Assembly (NCBI GenBank): GCA_963664235.1
Contig: OY760933.1
Span: 3,035,419 to 3,099,418 of the forward strand
Length of the DNA: 64,000 nucleotides
Direction: 5' to 3'
From: Acidimicrobiales bacterium
GTDB taxonomy: Bacteria > Actinomycetota > Acidimicrobiia > Acidimicrobiales > CATQHL01
Shown: in pieces, positions 54,555 through 62,345 of the stretch
How the letters are laid out: the number at the start of each line of letters is the position of its first letter
Position numbering within the stretch: the stretch's first letter is position 1
Notes under the pieces: generated by a model
Seen by the model: the letters and a program-made list of their open reading frames with translations, nothing else
Told to the model about the DNA's origin: nothing
Database searches by the model: none
Program-made: the position numbers and the translations under genes

Positions 54555-55382
54555 ATGGTCACAGTCGACCGGGATACCGTCCTTGCCGCCCTGACCGGCG
54601 CGTGGGCCGCCATCGAAGAATTGTGCGCCGGGCTAACCGACGCGCAGTGGTCGGCTGACACGGACTGTCCCGGCTGGACCGTCCAGGACAATGTCAGCCA
54701 CATCACCGGCACCGAGCGCATGCTGAACGGCGACCCGGCGCCGGAGGTGGAGGTGGGCGAGTCACCTCACGTACACAACGAGATCGGTCGGATGAACGAG
54801 TTGTGGATCGCCGAGCGCCGGCCATGGGCACCGGCCGCCGTGCTGGCGGAGTTCCGCGAGGTGACCGCGGGACGACTCTCCATGCTGGCGGGCATGACGC
54901 AGGCCGACTTCGACGCCGAGTCCTGGACCCCGGCCGGCACCGACACCTTCGGGCGGTTCATGCGGATAAGGACGATGGACTCCTGGGTGCACGAGCAGGA
55001 CATCAGGGAGGCCGTCAGCACTCCCGGACACCGGGAAGGGCCGGTCGTCGAGTTCGTTCTCGACGAGTTCGCCTTCGCCGTGGGGTTTGCGGTCGCCAAG
55101 CTGGGGCGGGCCCCCGACGGGGCGCGGGTGCTGATCGACCTGACCGGTCCGGCCGCCCGCACCTGGCGGGTGCAGGTCGCCGAGCGGCGCGGCCGGCTCG
55201 TGGACGCCTTCGACGGCGATGCCGAACCGACGATCACCATCAGTACCGCCGCATACACCTACACCCGGCTGGTCGGAGGGCGGATTGAGGGCGCCGAGGC
55301 CATCGCGCAGGGCCTCGTCAGCCTCGACGGCGACACAGAGGCCGCCGAGCGGATCGTCAACAATCTCAGCTACATGCCCTGA
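54555..55382 (+). CDS. mycothiol-dependent maleylpyruvate isomerase-like (DinB/TIGR03083) family protein
   Basis: W..CPGWTVQDNVSHI is a DinB-type N-domain. GAGGGAG lies before ATG 54555. Confidence 0.7.
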   Translation: MVTVDRDTVLAALTGAWAAIEELCAGLTDAQWSADTDCPGWTVQDNVSHITGTERMLNGDPAPEVEVGESPHVHNEIGRMNELWIAERRPWAPAAVLAEFREVTAGRLSMLAGMTQADFDAESWTPAGTDTFGRFMRIRTMDSWVHEQDIREAVSTPGHREGPVVEFVLDEFAFAVGFAVAKLGRAPDGARVLIDLTGPAARTWRVQVAERRGRLVDAFDGDAEPTITISTAAYTYTRLVGGRIEGAEAIAQGLVSLDGDTEAAERIVNNLSYMP

Positions 55383-55401
55383 GGGGCAGCACTGATCCCG
55401 C

Positions 55402-55429
55402 CTGGATTCCGGCCTCCTCCGGAATGACG
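55402..55429 (+). repeat. REP/MITE-like palindromic element, copy 3
   Basis: ctGGATTCCGGCCtccTCCGGAATGACG. It is followed by a partial copy (cgccggaacgacg) and a 2 x 18-bp tandem repeat at 55457..55491. Confidence 0.7.
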
Positions 55430-55509
55430 AGGCAAACGTCGCCGGAACGACGCTGGCGCAGGGACCGACTCTGACGCAGGGACCGACTCTGGCGCTTGGC
55501 CCAGTCCCC

Positions 55510-56514
55510 CTAGTCGCCGGACAGGAGAGCGGCGAAGCGCCGGCGCCACTCCACCGACGGCTTGTCGGACTGCACGCTCACTGTGCCGGCGAGGTCTACC
55601 GGCAGCACGCCGTCCAGACGCTCCAGCATCAGCTTGTCCTCGGCCCCGATGGCCAGATCGAAACGAAGCACCTCGTCAGAAGGCACCGAGAAGTCGTCGT
55701 TGCGCCACACCACGAAGATGAAGTACGAGGTGACGTCGTCGATCGGCGTCGACAGCAGCAGCAGGACGTGCTCGAGTCCGGTCTCGTAGGCGATGGTGCT
55801 GCGGCAGGCGAACGGCAGCGCGAAGCCGCTGGACATCCGCCGGGCCACGGCCCCGGCGCTCTGCACACCTGACGTGGCCGCAGCGATCTCGGGATTGCTG
55901 ACGGTCACCTCGTAGGCGTAGCCGAAGAAGCTGTCGTCGAGTTGCTCCAACTCCAGCCGCGGCACCACCTCGTCGGTCTCGCCGCCGATGGTGCCGGCGT
56001 GGACGAACGGGAAGTGGGTGATGTCCAGGAAGTTGTCGACCATGCGGGTGGCCGACGCCTGCCAGACCTGCACGTCGGGGTTGAGGCGGCGGAACGCCGG
56101 GTCGTCCTCCTGGACGATCTTCGGGATGTCCTCGCGGGGCACTCCCGGGCATAGCCACACGAGGCCGTACCGTTCGGCCGCGCCCACGGGCGCCAGATGG
56201 GCGCGTGGCGGGACAGGCACCCCCGGCTGGGCCGACGGCACGAGTACGCACCGCCCGCCGGCTCCGAACTGCCAGCCGTGGTAGCAGCACTGCAGGCACC
56301 CGTCGATCACCGTTCCCGCCGACAGGGGCGCCTCCCGGTGCGGGCAGCGGTCCGCCGACGCCGTCACCACGCCGTCCGGATCTCGCCAGAGCACGTAGGA
56401 CCCTCCCAGGACGCGCACGCCCAAGGGGCCCGGTGCAACGTCGCCGCTGCGGGCGACCGCGTACCAGGAGTCAGCCAAGGCAGGGCTGTCACTGAAGACG
56501 TGCGTCGTGCTCAT
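55510..56514 (-). CDS. Rieske [2Fe-2S] oxygenase (VanA/PaO-like class)
   Basis: Rieske motifs CPHREAPLS and CCYHGWQF. ATG 56514 lies within ORF 55510..56751. Confidence 0.8.
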   Translation of the reverse strand: MSTTHVFSDSPALADSWYAVARSGDVAPGPLGVRVLGGSYVLWRDPDGVVTASADRCPHREAPLSAGTVIDGCLQCCYHGWQFGAGGRCVLVPSAQPGVPVPPRAHLAPVGAAERYGLVWLCPGVPREDIPKIVQEDDPAFRRLNPDVQVWQASATRMVDNFLDITHFPFVHAGTIGGETDEVVPRLELEQLDDSFFGYAYEVTVSNPEIAAATSGVQSAGAVARRMSSGFALPFACRSTIAYETGLEHVLLLLSTPIDDVTSYFIFVVWRNDDFSVPSDEVLRFDLAIGAEDKLMLERLDGVLPVDLAGTVSVQSDKPSVEWRRRFAALLSGD

Positions 56515-56572
56515 GGGACCGAAGGGACTCTCAAACGGCCCATCGGCGGCATGAGTCGCCCTGGCGGACGAT

Positions 56573-56597
56573 GGATCCCGGCCTTCGCCGGATTGAC
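56573..56597 (+). repeat. REP/MITE-like palindromic element, copy 4 (diverged)
   Basis: GGATCCCGGCCttcGCCGGATTGAC. Its spurious translation on the track gives WIPAFAGLT. Confidence 0.6.
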
Positions 56598-56818
56598 GGG
56601 AGAGGTGATCTGCAGCACTGCTCGGCAGTCTCCTGGGGTCCGTCGGTGCGTTCTGCCAGAACCTTACGACACCGGAAGTCCGAAGCGAAGGGAAGGCTCG
56701 TATCGCTGCCTCCGGGCCGTCCGGCCGGCCGCTGTTCGGCGACCCGATCACCGGACCACGCTGCTAGTTTGGCGGCGGCGCGAGCGCGCCCGACCACACC
56801 GACCCGGAAGGTGCATCC

Positions 56819-57307
56819 ATGGGCTACCCGAACACGCTGATCTTCGTCGACTTCCCCAGCGATGATCCTGAGGCCTCGGCCCGGTTCTACGAGCAGGTGT
56901 TCGGCTGGGAGGTCGAGGGACGACCCGCAGGCGTCTTCCACCGCATCGTGCCGGGTGACGAATTCCAGAAGGACGGCGAACCGTCCGGCGTCGGCAACCT
57001 GCACATGGGCATCCACAACGTCGCCAACGCCCGACCGCATCCCGACCCCGCCGGCGTCGAGCCGCGCACGCTGCGCACCGGGGGCCGCTCCCAGCGCATG
57101 TGGATCCTGGTCAGCGGCGACGACACCGCCGACCGCATTCTCGACACCGCGGTGAGCCTCGGTGCCACGGAGCTGTGGCGAGATCACTACTGGGCCGAGT
57201 TCAACGGCTTCAACTGCGCCTTCGAGGATCCGTGGGGGAACACGTTCATCCTCTGGACCCAGGGCGGGGACGACCCGCAGATCCCCGAGGGCTGGACCGA
57301 CGAGTAG
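56819..57307 (+). CDS. VOC (glyoxalase/bleomycin resistance/dioxygenase) family protein
   Basis: 162 aa with the beta-alpha-beta3 pattern FVDFPSDDPEASARFYEQVFGWEV. Confidence 0.7.
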   Translation: MGYPNTLIFVDFPSDDPEASARFYEQVFGWEVEGRPAGVFHRIVPGDEFQKDGEPSGVGNLHMGIHNVANARPHPDPAGVEPRTLRTGGRSQRMWILVSGDDTADRILDTAVSLGATELWRDHYWAEFNGFNCAFEDPWGNTFILWTQGGDDPQIPEGWTDE

Positions 57308-57351
57308 CCCCGGCCGGCCCCGCCACGGGAGTGAGCAACGGAGGACAAACG

Positions 57352-57909
57352 ATGAGTGAAGAGCAATCCGGATTCGCCCGCGGTGCGGCCGAGGCGCGCG
57401 AGGCAACCGGCATGAGCGGTGACGTCACGGCCCAGACCCGCCAGGACGTCTATTCCGACCATCCCACCACTGCACGCTGGACCCACGTGGCGCTGCCGAG
57501 CGCCGACATAGACGCCTCCATCGACTTCTACACCGAGTTCACACCGATGGAGCTGCTGGACAAGCGCACCGACGCCCTGGGCCACGGCGCCTGGCTGGGC
57601 CATCCCGACGCCGCCGAGCGGCCGTTCATCCTGGTGCTGATCGAGTTCTTCGCCAGCAGCGGTCAAGAGGGGCTCGGGCTTCTGAAGCCCTTTGCCCACC
57701 TCGGCATCGAGCTACCCAGCCTCGAAGCCGTCGACGACATAGCTCGCCGCGGCAAGGAGGCAGGTTGCCTCAACATGCCCCCCACCGAGATGCCCCCACC
57801 CGTCGGCTACATCTGCGCCCTCAACGATCCCGACGGCAACGTCATCGAGTACTCCTACGACCAGGGCGTCTACTCCACCGCCAAGACCGTCTGGGGCAAC
57901 GGGGACTGA
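57352..57909 (+). CDS. VOC family protein
   Basis: ATG 57352 follows GGAGGA. Carries WTHVALPSADIDASIDFYTEF ... HLGIELPSLEAVDD. Confidence 0.6.
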   Translation: MSEEQSGFARGAAEAREATGMSGDVTAQTRQDVYSDHPTTARWTHVALPSADIDASIDFYTEFTPMELLDKRTDALGHGAWLGHPDAAERPFILVLIEFFASSGQEGLGLLKPFAHLGIELPSLEAVDDIARRGKEAGCLNMPPTEMPPPVGYICALNDPDGNVIEYSYDQGVYSTAKTVWGNGD

Positions 57910-57945
57910 GCCGACCGGCACCTCAAACACTCCGAGGCCCAAATT

Positions 57946-58005
57946 GCTTCTGTGAGCAGAATCGCCGCTCCGTGCGGCGTAAATGCGCAGATTTGGCAAG
58001 GCGCC
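57946..58005 (+). repeat. 60-bp imperfect direct repeat R1 flanking the DUF559 cassette
   Basis: gcTTCTGtgagCAGAAtCGCCGCtccgtGCGGCGtaaatgcgcagatttggcaaggcgcc. It is about 80% identical to R2 at 59210..59272. Confidence 0.75.
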
Positions 58006-58041
58006 GAGAACAACCCCGGCATGAAGGGGGCGCCGGTTAGG

Positions 58042-58959
58042 TCACGCAGAACCAGCGGCCGCGTAGGCCTTGGCGACGACGGCACACAGGTCTCTGGGCC
58101 GCTCCGAGTAATCCTCCCAGGTGAAGTTGAGCACGTCCCAGCCCGCGGCCTGCAGCTGGTTGCGTCGACGGCGGTCGTTCACAAAGGACTCGCTGTTGTG
58201 GTGCCAGCGGATACTGTCGAGTTCGATGGCAAGCCGACGGCTCGGATAGGCAAGATCCACCTGGGCTACGAAACGCCCATGGTTGTCATACACCCGATAT
58301 TCCATCTCCGGCCGCACGATCCCCACTCCGACCAGGAGTTCGCGAACCGACCGGCTCCACTGGCTCAGAGGCACAACGTCGTCGCCGCAGCGTGCGTCGA
58401 GGGCGGTTCGCAAGTGCAGCAAGCCGTTCCTACCCCTGCGGGAGTGCGCCACCAGCACGTCGTAGAGGTCGCTATACCTCAGCCGCCGGTCGCGTACGAC
58501 AGCGTCGATGGCCCCCTCGAGCGACTGGCGGCTCACCACCGCGGCGAGATCAAGCACAGTGCGAGCCAGTCCTGTGCAGGGTATGCCGTCGATTTCAACC
58601 CGCCGGGCGAGGTGCATCTGCGCCGAGCGGTGCACGATGACCCCGGTGGCCGACCGGCCCCGCCCCAACGCCACCACCACCTCGGGAATCCTCAGGCTGA
58701 ACCCGTCGATGCCGTGTAGGGCCGCGGCCGACCGGTGGCTCGCCAGACCGCCGTGGCTGATACAGGTAGCAAGCAGCCTCGATTCTGGCGTGATCCGAAC
58801 TGCCGAGTGCTGGTACACGCCGCTGCTGACACGCCGCCAGCGGCCCGTACTCACGCGGTTCTGGATGCGATGCCGGGTCATGCCGGCGTCCAAAGCCTGA
58901 GACCGGGAGACAAGTCCATGCTGCCGTCGCATGTGCGTTTCGAGCCGCGCCTCGTCCAC
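58042..58959 (-). CDS. DUF559 (Vsr-like endonuclease fold) protein with AbiEi-like N-terminal domain
   Basis: Carries RRQHGLVSRSQALDAGMTRHRIQNRVSTGRWRRV and the C-terminal VDLAYPSRRLAIELDS...H. The start is uncertain (GTG 58959 or ATG 58932). The ORF to 59097 runs through an AT-rich promoter-like patch. Confidence 0.7.
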   Translation of the reverse strand: MDEARLETHMRRQHGLVSRSQALDAGMTRHRIQNRVSTGRWRRVSSGVYQHSAVRITPESRLLATCISHGGLASHRSAAALHGIDGFSLRIPEVVVALGRGRSATGVIVHRSAQMHLARRVEIDGIPCTGLARTVLDLAAVVSRQSLEGAIDAVVRDRRLRYSDLYDVLVAHSRRGRNGLLHLRTALDARCGDDVVPLSQWSRSVRELLVGVGIVRPEMEYRVYDNHGRFVAQVDLAYPSRRLAIELDSIRWHHNSESFVNDRRRRNQLQAAGWDVLNFTWEDYSERPRDLCAVVAKAYAAAGSA

Positions 58960-59209
58960 GGCCGCAGCACTGGCAGCAGACTCGTGGGAGCGATAGCTAT
59001 CTATAGCTATGGGAATATATGGGCAACTATTAATAATGCGAGAATACGGCCGATATCTGCCGCACGACAGGGACACTGCCCGGCGCCTTGCGCCCACAAG
59101 GGGGAGAGGCGAGCAGTTCAGGCCGTCGGAGGCGTCCCGACTTCAGGGTCCGTTGATAGGACAAGCGGCGGAAGCTTGATCGGTGCCTGGGTCGTCGGCT
59201 CTGGCCATC

Positions 59210-59272
59210 GCTTCTGTGAGCAGAAACGCCTCCTACGGCGGCGAAATCGCGCAAAGTTGGTGCAAGGCCGCT
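59210..59272 (+). repeat. direct repeat R2 flanking the DUF559 cassette
   Basis: gcTTCTGtgagCAGAAacgcctcctacggcggcgaaatcgcgcaaagttggtgcaaggccgc. It is in the same orientation as R1. Confidence 0.75.
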
Positions 59273-59296
59273 CCAGCCGCGCTAGGCCCGGGAGCG

Positions 59297-59478
59297 TCAA
59301 ATCGGCAAGGTCAGCAGGAACTCGACCCGACCGTCGCTGTCGTGGCCGTGAAGCAGGCGACTACCGGTGCTGTCGAGCAGCTAGAAGCCCGATCACGTGC
59401 CCGTATGCGTGAAGGAACAGTTCGTCAGCTATCGAGACTCGCGCCACAGCATCTGGAGGTGATCCTGAGGTGTCGACG
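59297..59478 (-). pseudogene. 3' fragment of a decayed thioredoxin-fold paralogue (split by IS256 insertion)
   Basis: Aligns at DNA level with the 3' part of 62346..62645 (..F*LLDSTGSRL.. versus ..FWLLDSTGRRI..). Both Trp codons of the intact copy are stops here (TGG->TGA, TGG->TAG), and there is a 1-nt indel. Confidence 0.55.
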
Positions 59479-59595
59479 GGCAGCGTCCCGCCGAGTGGTG
59501 GGGATTTGAGGTAGCTGGGAGGGTCCACCTGTAGGTGGGTCATCGGCATGATCCTCGGTGAGAGGAACTACTCACTCATCGAGGAGGACACACCG

Positions 59596-59913
59596 ATGAC
59601 CCTTTCTGATACTGCCACGGCACAGCTGTGGGAGAGTTTCCGCGCCGGCGGCGGCGCGAGCCTGGTCCGTGAGGCGGTGGAGTTGGTGCTCCAGGAGCTG
59701 ATCGAGGCCGAGGCCACCGAGGCGATCGGCGCCGGGCGCTATGAGCGCACCGATGCGCGGATCACCGAGCGCAACGGGCACCGGCCCCGGCTGTTGGCGA
59801 CCCGGGCCGGCGATGTCGAGTTGAAGATCCCCAAGCTGCGCAAGGGCAGCTTCTTCCCGTCAATCATCGAGCCCCGCCGGCGCATCGACCGTGCCCTGTG
59901 GGCGGTGGTCATG
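59596..59913 (+). pseudogene. IS256-family transposase, N-terminal part (interrupted)
   Basis: MTLSDTATAQLW...ERNGHRPRLLATRAGDVELKIPKLRKGSFFPSIIEPRRRIDRALWAVVM. Homology breaks after codon 106. Confidence 0.8.
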
Positions 59914-59914
59914 G

Positions 59915-61192
59915 CGCCTCTGTGTGTCAAGTCGACGGGGCGAGATGGCGTCGATGGTCGGCGAGGAGGGTGCGGAAGACCAGGTCAGACAGCCGTCGCT
60001 TGACGCAGCGAAGGGCTTCTCGACGGCTCTTACCCTCGGCGATCTTGCGCCGGTAGTAGTCCTGTCCAGCGGTGGGTTGGCGGATCTGGGAGAGCGCCAT
60101 GATGTGGAGCGCCGAGTTCAGTTGTCGGTTGCCGGCTCGGGAGAGGCGATGCCGAACGACGTCGCCGGAGGAGGCTTCGATCGGTGCGGTTCCGGTGTAG
60201 GACGCGAACTGGTCTTTGCTGTTGAAGCGGGTGATGTCGCCGACGTGGCCGAGGATCTTGGCGGCTAGGACCGGGCCGATGCCGAACAATTCGGTCAGCG
60301 AGGTGTGGCTCTCGGCGACGGCTTCGGTGGTGCGGGTCTCGAGCGAGGCGAGCGCCCGGTCGAGGTGGCGAAGATCAGCGAGGAGCTCGACAGCGAGCTG
60401 GCGTCGAGTCTTGGTGACCGGGTCGGTGGACCGCACTCGGCGGAGGAGTTGGCGTGCGGTGTCGATCGAGCCGCGGGAGATCTTCTCGCCGGGGACCAGG
60501 TGGGCCATCATGGCGTGCAGCCGGTTGAGCGTCTGGGTGCGTTGCCGACACAGGTCGTCGCGACGGTCGGCGAGGAGTCGCAGCGTGGTGGCGTGACTTT
60601 CGGCGGCGACGCCGTTGAGTCGGTCGTTGTCGATCGCCGCGATGCCGACCGCGATCGCGTCGGCATCGTCGTTCTTGCGGCCGTGACCGGTGGACAACAG
60701 CCGAACGCGGGTGGCGAGTTTGGCGGGCACATCGACGACCTGCTCGCCTGCGGCGACAAGGTGCTGAGCGACGGGTGCGCCGCTGCCGGCGGCGCCTTCG
60801 ACGGCCCAGCGCCGGTTCGGCCAACGCCGGCCGACCGTGACCAGGTCGCGGCGTCCGACGCGGTTGGTTGGGAAGGTCTGCTGATGCAACACCCCTCGGC
60901 GTTGATCGAGCACGGCAATCGTGACTGAGGTCTTGTGGGCGTCGCAGCCGATCGTGACGGACATGGGCTCCTCCTCGGGGCTCAGGGTTCTGGTGCGGTG
61001 TCGCTGGAGGGCAGTCCGACTTGGGGCAATGCAGGCCTCTGTTGAGCCACTCGTGGCGACGGCGGGAGGTGCCGGGCCGCATGCCATTACCGAGCCAACC
61101 CGAAGGCGGCAGAGGCTTACCGAGCGTCCCGACACCTCCCTCGATCGACGAACTCGGCCGAGCCCGCCAACCAGCCACGAGTTAACAAGTCG
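59915..61192 (-). mobile_element. IS110-family insertion sequence (about 1.28 kb) inserted in the IS256 transposase gene
   Basis: Removing this segment restores ..AVVM-EAYVAGVSTRSVDDLV.. in frame. The junction is ambiguous by one G. No terminal inverted repeats or target duplication are seen, which is usual for IS110. Confidence 0.75.
59927..60964 (-). CDS. IS110-family transposase (DEDD N-domain + C-terminal helix-hairpin-helix domain)
   Basis: 345 aa from ATG 60964: MSVTIGCDAHKTS..WAVEGAAGSG..DDADAIAV..LTELFGIGPVLAAKILGHVGDITRF...SSGDVVRHRLSRAGNRQLNSAL. Confidence 0.85.
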   Translation of the reverse strand: MSVTIGCDAHKTSVTIAVLDQRRGVLHQQTFPTNRVGRRDLVTVGRRWPNRRWAVEGAAGSGAPVAQHLVAAGEQVVDVPAKLATRVRLLSTGHGRKNDDADAIAVGIAAIDNDRLNGVAAESHATTLRLLADRRDDLCRQRTQTLNRLHAMMAHLVPGEKISRGSIDTARQLLRRVRSTDPVTKTRRQLAVELLADLRHLDRALASLETRTTEAVAESHTSLTELFGIGPVLAAKILGHVGDITRFNSKDQFASYTGTAPIEASSGDVVRHRLSRAGNRQLNSALHIMALSQIRQPTAGQDYYRRKIAEGKSRREALRCVKRRLSDLVFRTLLADHRRHLAPST

Positions 61193-62137
61193 GAGGCGTA
61201 CGTGGCCGGCGTGTCGACACGGTCGGTCGATGATCTGGTGGCCGCTTTGGGCGCCGAGTCGGGGATCTCCCGCTCGGAGGTCTCCCGCATCTGCGGGGGC
61301 CTCGACGAGGTCGTGGAGGCGTTCAGGACCCGGCGCCTGGACCACGTCGAGTTCCCGTACGTGTATCTCGACGCCACCTATCTGAACGTGCGCAACAACC
61401 TCGCCCAGCCGGCGTCGATGGCCACCGTCGTCGCCACGGGCATCACCGCAGACGGCAACCGGGAGGTCCTGGGCTGCGACGTCGGCGACAGCGAAACCGA
61501 GGCGTTCTGGCAACAGTTTCTCGGCTCGTTGCGCGACCGGGGCCTCACAGGGGTGCGCCTGGTGATCTCCGATGCGCATCGCGGCCTCGGCGCCGCCGCT
61601 GACCGGTGGTTCCAGGGAGCGGCCCGTCAGCGCTGCCGGGTGCACTTCATCCGGAACCTGCTCGCTGTGGTGCCCAAGTCGCACCAGCACATGGCCGCCG
61701 CGCTGTTCCGCACCATCTTCGCCCAACCCGACGCCGGCGCCGTCGCCGACGCCTGGGACCAAGTCAGCGACCAGCTCGCCGCCCGGTTCCCCAAGACCGG
61801 ACCGCTCATGGACGGCGCCAAGACCGAGGTCCTCGCCTTCGCTGGGTTCCCCCGGGCGCACTGGCAGAAGATCTGGTCCACCAACCCCCTCGAGCGGATC
61901 AACAAGGAAATCAAGCGACGCTCCCGGGTCGTGGGGATCTTCCCCAACGAGGCCTCCGCCATCCGCCTCGTCGGCGCCATCCTCGCCGACCTCCACGACG
62001 AATGGCAGGCCACCGACCGCCGCTACCTCTCCGAAGACTCCATGAGCCTCCTCTACCCCGAGCGCGATAGTCTCGCCACCGCCGAACTCACAGTCGGCAA
62101 CCATCACCGAGGCTCAACTCAAAAGCCCACCACTTGA
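61193..62137 (+). pseudogene. IS256-family transposase, C-terminal part
   Basis: EAYVAGVSTRSVDDLV...YVYLDATYLNVR...VISDAHRGL...CRVHFIRNLL...TNPLERINKEIKRRSRVVGIFPN is the IS256 DDE domain. The stop lies inside the right IR. Confidence 0.85.
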
Positions 62138-62149
62138 TGGGACGCCCCC

Positions 62150-62345
62150 TGTCGACGCAGTCTTTGTTGCTCGCGAGATCACCGGTCAAGCCGACGACGG
62201 TAAGGCGGTGGAAGTTCTCTCGAGGGATCTGCTCGCCAGACCGAGCGACGTCCTGGCCCGAAGACCCAGGCAGGCCCCACCTCCCGGAACGGCATCGGCA
62301 TGAAGTTCGAAGAGCAGTGGCGAGGCGCACCGACTGGAAGCACGC
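62150..62345 (-). pseudogene. 5' fragment of the decayed thioredoxin-fold paralogue
   Basis: ..EQIPRENFHRLTVVGLTGDLASNKD.. aligns with ..EQFARENSHRLRVVGIGSTGDLATNQA.. of the upstream gene. The CxxC region is lost through a 17-nt deletion or frameshifts. Confidence 0.5.

Larger units (their letters stand above)
59479..62149 (+). mobile_element. IS256-family insertion sequence (about 1.39 kb) carrying a nested IS110-family element
   Basis: About 34-bp imperfect terminal inverted repeats (GGCAGCGTCCCGCCGAGTGGTGGGGATTTGAGGT versus rc GGGGGCGTCCCATCAAGTGGTGGGCTTTTGAGTT). An 8-bp direct target duplication TGTCGACG lies at 59471..59478 and 62150..62157. Confidence 0.8.

Noticed and set aside
59927-62107. 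726-aa ORF on the minus strand
   Set aside because: Only the last 345 codons (from ATG 60964) are the IS110 transposase. The upstream 380 codons are the antisense frame of the IS256 transposase C-terminal part.
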